Shown piece by piece: positions 54,628-64,000 of a stretch of DNA of 64,000 nt. Origin of the DNA: Octopus vulgaris (lineage: Eukaryota). The DNA lies in contig OX597824.1 in assembly GCA_951406725.2 (NCBI GenBank), forward strand, positions 20,212,001 to 20,276,000, in the 5' to 3' direction. The translations under genes and the position numbers were made by a program. Below the pieces are notes generated by a model, which saw only the letters and a list, made by a program, of their open reading frames with translations, was not told the DNA's origin and did not search any database. Positions within the stretch are counted from its first letter, which is position 1. Every line of letters begins with the position of its first letter.

Positions 54628-54789
54628 GACGACGGGCTTCTTTCAGTTTCCGTCTACCAAATCCACACACAAGGCTTTGGTCGGCCTGAGGCTATAGTAG
54701 AAGGCACTTGCCCAAAGTGCCATACAGTGGGAATGAACCCGGAACCATGTGATTGGCAAGCAAGCTACTTACCACACAGCCACTCCTGC
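54357..54789 (-). mobile_element. Near-full-length SINE family A
   Basis: Consensus match; a further 3' fragment at ~54800-54940. Confidence 0.92.
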
Positions 54790-55454
54790 GATGTTTATTT
54801 TTATCTTTTACTTTTTATTTGTTTCACTCATTTGACTGCGCCCGTGCTGGGGCATCTCTTTCAACTGTTTAACTGAACAGTACTTTTGTCTTAAAAGCCT
54901 GGTACTTACTCTATCGGTTCACTTTTACCGAACCGCAAAGTTCGGCAGATTGCTCGTGACTGCATGACCATCTAAGAACATTTTAAAACAGTGCTTATCA
55001 AAGTGAGCGGTACCGTACTCTGAGCTGTGGTGTAAAATTTCCCGTGGGCACTGTAGAAAAAGTCAGAGGCAAAAGATGGATATGTACAGTTCAAGCTTTG
55101 GGAGTCTTTTTCTCATATTTAAATATTAACTTTAAAAAATGTTTAAATATAATATTTTGGCTAACTATTTGTCAGTAACAATCACAAAAACAGTAACAAG
55201 AGTGAATAAAGAAATAACAAATTACAAACAGTAAACTAAAGTATAACGGGAAAAAGACATTATCAAAATTTGTGGGTATTTCCATACATGCAATAAAGAC
55301 AGCCATTGCACCTGTAGCCTTACGTAACATATTGATTTGTATGTGTATATGCATGTATGTACAGAAGTGCTGGAGACTTTCAGAATGATGTAGACGCTTC
55401 TAATGCGAACCCAATAATCTTTGAAAATCGATTAAGGCTGTTCATCATTTTTAT

Positions 55455-55622
55455 AGGAGTGGCTGTGTGGTAAGTAGCTTGCTTACCAACCACATGGTTC
55501 CGAGTTCATTCCCACCGCGTGGCACCTTGGGCAAGTGACTTCTACTATAGCCTTGGGCCGACCAAAGCCTTGTGAGGGGATTTGGTAGACGGAAACTGAA
55601 AGAAGCCCGTCATATATATGTA

Positions 55623-55657
<35 letters not shown>

Positions 55658-55726
55658 GTATGTGTGTATATGTTTGTGTGTCTGTGTTTGTTCTTCCAAC
55701 GTCGCTTGACAACCGATGCTGGTGTG
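55455..55726 (+). mobile_element. SINE family A, 3'-truncated
   Basis: Consensus match. Confidence 0.9.
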
Positions 55727-55803
55727 TCTTTTACTCCTTTCCTCTATGTCGTGATCTTATCAATATATACCATTCTCATTTACCCTATTTTTTTTCCCTA
55801 TTT

Positions 55804-55859
55804 GTCTCTAATGAAGGAATATCCCATACTTGGGGATATCCCAGAAACAGCTGTAAGAT
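55804..55859 (+). ncRNA. Hammerhead-like motif H3 (decayed core CUAAUGA)
   Basis: GUCU CUAAUGA A GGAAUAUCCC-AUACUUG-GGGAUAUCCC A GAAA CAGCUG UA AGAU. Confidence 0.55.
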
Positions 55860-55950
55860 CTTTTAATTTCTTCCCATAATAATATTGCATACAACTTGGG
55901 ATGTTTGCCTTGCCTTAATGTTTGACATCCTATTTAACAATTATGTAAGT

Positions 55951-55991
<41 letters not shown>

Positions 55992-55992
55992 T

Positions 55993-56057
<65 letters not shown>

Positions 56058-56064
56058 GAGAGAG

Positions 56065-56129
<65 letters not shown>

Positions 56130-56317
56130 CATACATACACATACTTACATACACATACATACACATACACATACATACATACATACATGCATACATGCAT
56201 ACATACATACATACATACATACATACATACATACATACATACATACATACATACATACATACACTCACGTACGCACACTCATAAATGTGTGCGTGAGCGT
56301 GTAGGTATGTGTGTTTA

Positions 56318-56360
<43 letters not shown>

Positions 56361-56413
56361 ATTCGAAGGTAAACAGAAAAGCATGAAATCCAAACCACGG
56401 CTTCGTTCGATAG

Positions 56414-56540
56414 GCTTTTGGCTTCTCTATACACCTCGATTAACGCTTTTGGCTTGTCCATACACCTCGATTAACGCTTTTTGTTTTGTCTATACCTCGA
56501 TTAACGCTTTTTGTTTGTCTATACACCTCGATTAACACTT
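56414..56540. repeat. ~31-bp tandem repeat, 4 copies (tatacacctcgattaacgcttttggcttgtc)
   Basis: cctcgattaac recurs four times. Confidence 0.9.
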
Positions 56541-57554
56541 TAAATTGCATTCTTATAATGACGTAGGCTTTCATGCCATTTGTTATTTTAATAATATCGT
56601 CAAAAGCGCCCCTGTTATGACCCTCCCGTCATTTTGGTTTGTTTTTTAGGTGGTGGGGAGGTTTGTCAGGCATAGAACTTCATTATTTAATATGTACTTC
56701 AATGTACTCAGCACCACGTTATTCCAACATGTCACTGTTTTCTTCTTTTTCCTTTTTGTTTTTTCTTCATTTCTAAGACACCAGGAGACGATCTGAGAGG
56801 AATTTAGCTGTTGTTTCTAGCAATCCGAGCGACCACTTATAGACCCCGGTGCATAAATTTATGATCCCGGGTGTGGCGATTATGTTGTTCTTCGTATTCT
56901 CCTTTATTATACCCGGTTGCTCCAATTATTATTATCATCATTTTTAAACTCATAACCTACCTCATTTTTATCCCAAGGTCCTTGTACATATTTATTAATA
57001 GTTTTTCAATACCCCCCGAGCGACGTTCTGACCTCTCACTCCCCTCTTTTTCTGTCCTTTTCTTTCCCTTTTTTTTCTTTTTGTTTTCTTCCCCATTTTT
57101 ATAATGATATTCGGGGTGGTTGTCTTTGATCTCATTGTTAGTCAGAACAGACACGTCTCACAAAACTGTAGCCAAGTCTTTGCCACATTTCACCGGATCT
57201 GGTGCGTGCTTATAACATCTATTTCCAGTTTTTGATGTAGAAGCGTCTGCCCACTGGATGCAGTTGCCATCTACCCGGTCATGTCTATGGATACATTTCT
57301 AGCTTAGAGAAAATGGGTAGCCGGAAATGAGGAGGTCGATTGATTCTTTATTCTATTTCTAGTTTTGTTATTTTATTTCTGTTAGATTCTGACCAAATTG
57401 TGATTCTTGCGCAGCTATAAAAAAAAATGACATTTTGTTTCAAAGCTCTCATTGACGTTGTTTTTGTTTAACCCTAGGCAAACCCTAATCAATCAGACCA
57501 ACGAATAGAAAAGCGTTAACCATGGTCATGCTGTTTTTTCTTTTTCTTTTCCAG

Positions 57555-57787
57555 AGGTGCAGGCATGGCTATATGATTAAGAAACAGGCTTTGCAACTAC
57601 GGTGGTTTGGAGTTCAATTCGCTGCGCGGCTCCTTGGGTCAGCATTTTCTGCTATAGCCCCGGGCCGACCTATACTTTCTTAGTGAATTTAGTTGAAGGA
57701 AACTGTGAGGAAGCCCGTCGTACATTACATACACATATGTGTGTAAGTACAGACGTATGAGTTATGCGTCGATCGACCTATATGTCG

Positions 57788-57871
<84 letters not shown>

Positions 57872-57905
57872 GGATAGATAGATAGATAAATAGATAGATA
57901 GATAA

Positions 57906-57957
<52 letters not shown>

Positions 57958-57991
57958 ATAGACAGACAGACGGACAGACGGACAAACAGAC

Positions 57992-58056
<65 letters not shown>

Positions 58057-58220
58057 TACACATAAACATATACATATACATATATACGACGGGCTTCTTT
58101 CAGTTTCCGTCTACCAAATCCACTCACAAGGCTTTGGTCGGCCTGAGGCTATAGTAGAAGACACTTGCTGAAGATGCCACGCAGTGGGACGGAACCAGGA
58201 ACCAAGTGGTTGGTAAGCAG
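57555..58220. mobile_element. Two SINE family A 5' halves in inverted orientation (57555-57721 +, 58085-58220 -) around (GATA)n
   Basis: aagcccgtcgta ... tacgacgggctt. Confidence 0.8.
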
Positions 58221-58380
58221 TTCATCGCAGCGTTACTCATTTTTGCCTGCCGAGTGGACTGGAGCTACGTGAAATGAAGTGTTCAGCTCAAGAACACAAC
58301 GCGTCGCCTGGTCCAGGAATCGAAACCACAATCTTACGATCATGATGCGGGCACCCTAACCACTAAGCCACGCGCCTCCA
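58221..58380 (-). mobile_element. tRNA-derived SINE family D, 5' part
   Basis: tggaggcgcgtggcttagtggttagggtg...ggtttcgattcctggacc...gtgttcttgagctgaacacttcatttcacg. Confidence 0.8.
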
Positions 58381-58487
58381 CAGAAATTATATATGTATGG
58401 TGTTATTCATCATTTTGTAATGTGTTATTGTTCGCGGAGTCATGTCTATTTAAACAAAACTTGGAGTCATGCTTAAATAGACATCCA

Positions 58488-58642
58488 GGCGCAGGAGTGG
58501 CTGTGTGGTAAGTAGCTTGCTTACCAACCACATGGTTCCGGGTTCAGTCCCACAGCGTGGCACCTTGGGCAAGTGTCTTCTACTATAACCTCGGGCCGAC
58601 CAAAGCCTTGTGAGTGGATTTGGTAGACAGAAACGTCGAAAT

Positions 58643-58722
<80 letters not shown>

Positions 58723-58738
58723 CAGGAAGCTTGCCGTC

Positions 58739-58783
<45 letters not shown>

Positions 58784-59008
58784 TGTGTGTGTTTGTGTGT
58801 CTGTGTTTGTCCTCCTAGCATTGCTTGACAACCGATGCTGGTGTGCTTACGTCCCGGTTACTTAGCGGTTCGGCAAAAGAGACCGATAGAATAAGTACTG
58901 GGCTTACAAAAGAATAAAGTCCCGGGGTCGAGTTGCTCGACTAAAAGGCGGTGCTCCAGCATGGCCGCAGTCAAATGACTGAATCAAGTAAAAAGGGAGT
59001 TAAGAGAG
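58488..59008 (+). mobile_element. Full-length SINE family A
   Basis: Consensus match. Confidence 0.92.
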
Positions 59009-59499
59009 TATCCAGATTTCATTTCCCAGTGAAGCATGACATCATGGCCAAATCATTGTATAACGAAATCTGCAGAAGAGATAATCCGGAAAATATGAAC
59101 ATAAGAAGTCATTGTGGTGCGGTGGGGTGTGGTGTGGTGGGGGAGCATAACGACTTGTGGTATTTGGTTACGGTTCAATCCGTTCTGTGTTCAAATCCCC
59201 CTGAGGTAAACTTCACTTTCCATTCTTCTGGGATTCATAAAAATAAAGTACTAATCAAGTATTGGAAGTCGATTTAATATGGCTACCTCTCCACCCCCAC
59301 CCCCTGCCCACACCCGATTATCTTCATCCCCTTAACTAACACTATTACTATCAGAAACATCACCACCGCCGCCGCCGCCACCGCCGCCATCATCATAAAC
59401 ACCGTCATCGTTCGTCGTCATATTGCCATCGATGTCAACTTCATAACCACCATCACCTTCAATATCGTCGTCGTCTTTATTTTCATCACCACCATTATA

Positions 59500-59735
59500 T
59501 ATTTCTTTACTACCCACAAAGGGGTTAAACACAGAGGGGACAAACAAGCACAGACAAACGGATTAAGTCGATTATATCGACCCCAGTGCGTAACTGGTAC
59601 TTAATTTATCGACCCCGAAAGGATGAAAGACACAAGTCGACATCTCGGCGGAATTTGAACTCGGAACGTAACGGCAGACGAACACGGCTACGCATTTCGC
59701 CCGGCGTGCTAACGTTTCTGCCAGCTCGTCCGCCT
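59500..59735 (-). mobile_element. Full-length monomeric SINE family B
   Basis: Consensus match; caccattata on both flanks. Confidence 0.92.
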
Positions 59736-59739
59736 TTAT

Positions 59740-59792
59740 AATCATCACCATTATAATAATCATCATCATCATTATCATCATCGTCATCATCG

Positions 59793-59856
<64 letters not shown>

Positions 59857-59892
59857 CATCATTATCGTCGTCGACACATTCGTCATCACTAC

Positions 59893-59938
<46 letters not shown>

Positions 59939-60074
59939 TTCATCACCATCATCACCGCCATCGTCGTCTCTGTCGTCGTTTTGTGGTCGTCATCATCATC
60001 ATCATCATCATCGTCATCATCGTCATCGTCGTCATCGTCACCATTATCACCATCATCATCATCATCATTATTAC

Positions 60075-60124
<50 letters not shown>

Positions 60125-60216
60125 CCATCATTATCATCATCATCACCATCATCGTCATCATCGTCACCGTCGTCATCGTCACGATTATCACCATCATCAT
60201 CACCATCATTATCATC

Positions 60217-60248
<32 letters not shown>

Positions 60249-60255
60249 CATCACC

Positions 60256-60301
<46 letters not shown>

Positions 60302-60324
60302 CCATCATCATCATCACCATCATT

Positions 60325-60370
<46 letters not shown>

Positions 60371-60372
60371 CC

Positions 60373-60404
<32 letters not shown>

Positions 60405-60461
60405 CATCACCATCATCATCATCACCATCATCATCATCACCATCATCATCATTATCATCAC

Positions 60462-60505
<44 letters not shown>

Positions 60506-60570
60506 CCATCATCATCATCACCATCATCATCATCACCATCAACATCATCATCATTCATTATCAATCATCA
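59740..60570. repeat. (CAT/CAC)n microsatellite, ~830 bp
   Basis: Directly visible. Confidence 0.96.
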
Positions 60571-60617
60571 TATACATTATATATATATATAGACATATAG
60601 ACATATATATATATCGT

Positions 60618-60654
<37 letters not shown>

Positions 60655-60736
60655 ATATATATATATGCATATATATATAGATATATATAGATATATATAT
60701 ATAGGTATATATAAATATATATAATAGGTGCTACTG

Positions 60737-60770
<34 letters not shown>

Positions 60771-61028
60771 TATGAATACCTATACATATTTATACATATA
60801 TATATATATATATGCCTATGCACATAGTTACTTATATATATATACCTATATATATATATATATTATACCTATATAAGTATATATATATAGGCATATATAC
60901 ATACATATATATATAGGTGTATATATATATATATATATATATATGCATGTATATATATAGTTATGTATACCTATACATATTTATACATATATATATAGGT
61001 ATATATACCTATGTACATAGTTACACAT

Positions 61029-61072
<44 letters not shown>

Positions 61073-61445
61073 AAGCTTTATATATACGCTTATGTAAATA
61101 CATGTACTCATCTGTATGTATGTGGATATATGTATACCTATCTGTGCCTGTGTGTATGTGAGCGTGAGTGTGCATATGTATGCCTGGACGGTTGGATGGA
61201 TGCAAACATTCAATTTTTCATTTCTTTCCCCCCCCCCCCCCACCAACCACGACCACCACCACGACCACCACCAACCCCATCCATCCATCCATCCATCCAT
61301 CCCTGCAGCAGTCTCTCTCAGCAAAAGGAAAGGAGGACGAGGAGCAAAGGATACTTCCATTCTTTTCATTCCTTATTGTTTACTTCGCCACCTTGTCCCT
61401 CCTAACCCCTTCGCCAGGCTCACGCACACATCCCGTCCCCCATAG

Positions 61446-61502
<57 letters not shown>

Positions 61503-61664
61503 CACATACACGAATTATCTACCCCCCCAACGTTCCTCCATCTTTCATGTCAACATTTATCTCGTCTTTCTTATCTCCTGCTCCTATCTCCATATATGGC
61601 GTGTGTCAGTTTGTGCGACTACACACAAATTAATGTATCCACACATTCATTCATACATACATAT

Positions 61665-61827
<163 letters not shown>

Positions 61828-61910
61828 CATATATATATATATATATAACATAATGCATATAAACATATGCATTACATATAGGTTTATATACATTTATAAT
61901 CTATATACAT

Positions 61911-61976
<66 letters not shown>

Positions 61977-61977
61977 A

Positions 61978-62009
<32 letters not shown>

Positions 62010-62010
<1 letters not shown>

Positions 62011-62225
62011 TTTTTATTCTTTTATTCTTTTACTTGTTTTAGTCATCTTGACTGCGGCCATGCTGGAGTACCGCCTTTAGTCGAACAGATCGACGCCAGG
62101 ACTCATTCTCTATAAGCCTAGTACATATTTCATCGGTTTCTTTTGCCGAACCGCTAAGTTACGGGGACGTAAACACACTAACATCAGTTGTCAAGCTCTG
62201 GTGGGTTGACAAACACCGATACACA
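62010..62225 (-). mobile_element. SINE family A, 3' half
   Basis: Consensus match. Confidence 0.88.
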
Positions 62226-62246
62226 AATATACACACGCACACACAC

Positions 62247-62288
<42 letters not shown>

Positions 62289-62557
62289 ACACACACACAC
62301 ACACACATATCTGTAAATGTAATATGCGACAATTATTCGGTAGCTGTGATAAAACTCCGAATGGCGAGCGCGCATGTTTATGTATGGACATGCGCGCTCA
62401 CGTGATTGCTATGAACATTTTAACTCCCTTACTTTTACTCCTTCCTCTCACTTAGTGGTCATTCTAGTAGCTCTCTTGTTTTAATAACGGTCAATCACAC
62501 AGTAATTTTCCTTTGTTTAACGGTTATTTTCATACCATTCTTGCTTTTTGATGGCTC

Positions 62558-62618
62558 GATAACTGAAGAGATGCCTACGTGGGTTTCCGCCTCGACATCC
62601 GAAACTCGGAGTTATATC
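62558..62618 (+). ncRNA. Hammerhead-like motif H5 (second, more decayed direct copy at ~63189-63250)
   Basis: GAUAA CUGAAGA GAUGCC...GACAUC C GAAA CUC-G-GAG UU AUAUC; within ~130-bp direct repeats 62558-62690 / 63189-63315. Confidence 0.55.
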
Positions 62619-62727
62619 ATGACTATTGAATAATTATCACATATTATATTTACAGATAAATTCCTCTATTCACATAATATCGGGGTCTCTTTCTTTCTTT
62701 TGTTGTCTTACCATTTCTATCAATATA

Positions 62728-62898
62728 GGCGCAGGAGTGGCTGTGTGGTAAGTAGCTTGCTTACCAACCACATGGTTCCGGGTTCAGTCCCACTGCGTGG
62801 CATCTTGGGCAAGTGTCTTCTGCTATAGCCCCGGGCCGACTAATGCCTTGTGAGTGGATGTGGTAGACGGAAACTGAATGAAGCCTGTCGTATATATG

Positions 62899-62970
<72 letters not shown>

Positions 62971-63170
62971 TCCCCCTAGCATTGCTTGACAACCGATGCT
63001 GGTGTGTTTACGTCACCGTCACTTAGCGGTTCGGCAAAAGAGATCGATAGAATAAGTACTGGATTTACAAAGAATAAGTCCCGGGGTTGATTTGCTCCAC
63101 TAAAGGCGGTACTCCAGCATGGCCGCAGTCAAATGACTGAAACAAGTAAAAGAGTAGAAGAGTAAAAGAA
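62728..63170 (+). mobile_element. Full-length SINE family A
   Basis: Consensus match. Confidence 0.93.
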
Positions 63171-63315
63171 TATATATACAGATGGCCAGATAACCGAAGA
63201 GATGGTGGTGTGGATTTCCACCTCGGCATCTGAAACTATTGAATAATCTTGACTATTGAATAATTGTCACATATTATTTTACAGATAAATTTCCTCTATT
63301 TACATTATATTGAGG

Positions 63316-63417
<102 letters not shown>

Positions 63418-63450
63418 TTACACGGTGGACGCTTACAATTCCTCTTATTC

Positions 63451-63486
63451 CTTTCTGACAAAGAGCGTAGGCCCGAAACACAAAAA
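63451..63486 (+). ncRNA. Hammerhead-like motif H2 (decayed)
   Basis: CUUU CUGACAA A GAGC-GUAG-GCCC GAAA CACA AAAA; downstream flank is homologous to the reverse complement of 29850-29930. Confidence 0.45.
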
Positions 63487-63570
63487 ACTCCATTTTCACG
63501 AACGTCAAACTAATACACTTCCTTGTTGTTCCTACACCTGTCATCGTCTTTTGTTTTTTCTATAAATTTG

Positions 63571-63615
<45 letters not shown>

Positions 63616-63807
63616 ATTGAAGAAATGGAGCTGAACGAAGATTGAACAGAAATCGTTTTATTTCATTCTACACGTGTTTCGAAAGGCACAATTTACCAAA
63701 ATATATATATATATACAGACGCACATATATATATATATATATATATACAGACGCACACGCACACACATTCACACACACACACAGACACACTCAGACACAC
63801 ACACACA

Positions 63808-63952
63808 ACAGGCTTCCATTGTGCCCGTCTACCAAATTCACTCGCAAGGAATTAATCACACAGGGGCTATAGATCTTGCCGCGCAGTGGGGGGCCGAACC
63901 CGAAACAAAGCAGGATGCAAGGCGAACTTCCTAACCACACAGCCATGCCTGC
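63808..63952 (-). mobile_element. Diverged SINE family A head
   Basis: ggcttcc...gtctaccaaattcactcgcaagg...aaccacacagccatgcctgc. Confidence 0.75.
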
Positions 63953-64000
63953 AGATGAGAAAATGTTTTAAATAAATCAGTGAAAGTCGATAAGGAGAAT

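Noticed and set aside
54989-55030. hAT/Charlie-like terminus (cagtgcttatcaaagtg)
   Set aside because: No matching second end or 8-bp TSD found

Overview
This is non-coding, extremely microsatellite-rich animal genomic DNA. The tRNA-derived SINE families and Dong/R4 LINE fragments look like those of octopus/cephalopod genomes; this is inference, no search was run. No intact host gene is recognisable, and almost all ORFs in the track are translations of simple repeats. Real coding remnants are all transposon-derived: three 5'-truncated Dong/R4-type REL-endonuclease LINE fragments next to (TAA)n, a decayed MULE transposase, a Penelope-like (Neptune-type) GIY-YIG fragment and an old CR1-like RT remnant. 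There are also at least four tRNA-headed SINE families and a non-autonomous Helitron. Three signals stand out. (1) About 13 minimal type-I hammerhead-ribozyme-like motifs in five sequence families, often in fold-back or tandem Penelope-style arrangements; one sits in a TSD-flanked 378-bp element joining a tRNA/Pol III head to a hammerhead tail (36931-37308), a candidate Penelope-mobilised 'ribozyme SINE'. (2) One SINE family forms head+body multimers with an identical, self-complementary junction at three independent loci. (3) A 34-bp minisatellite derived from a segment of one SINE is joined to the same site of another SINE.
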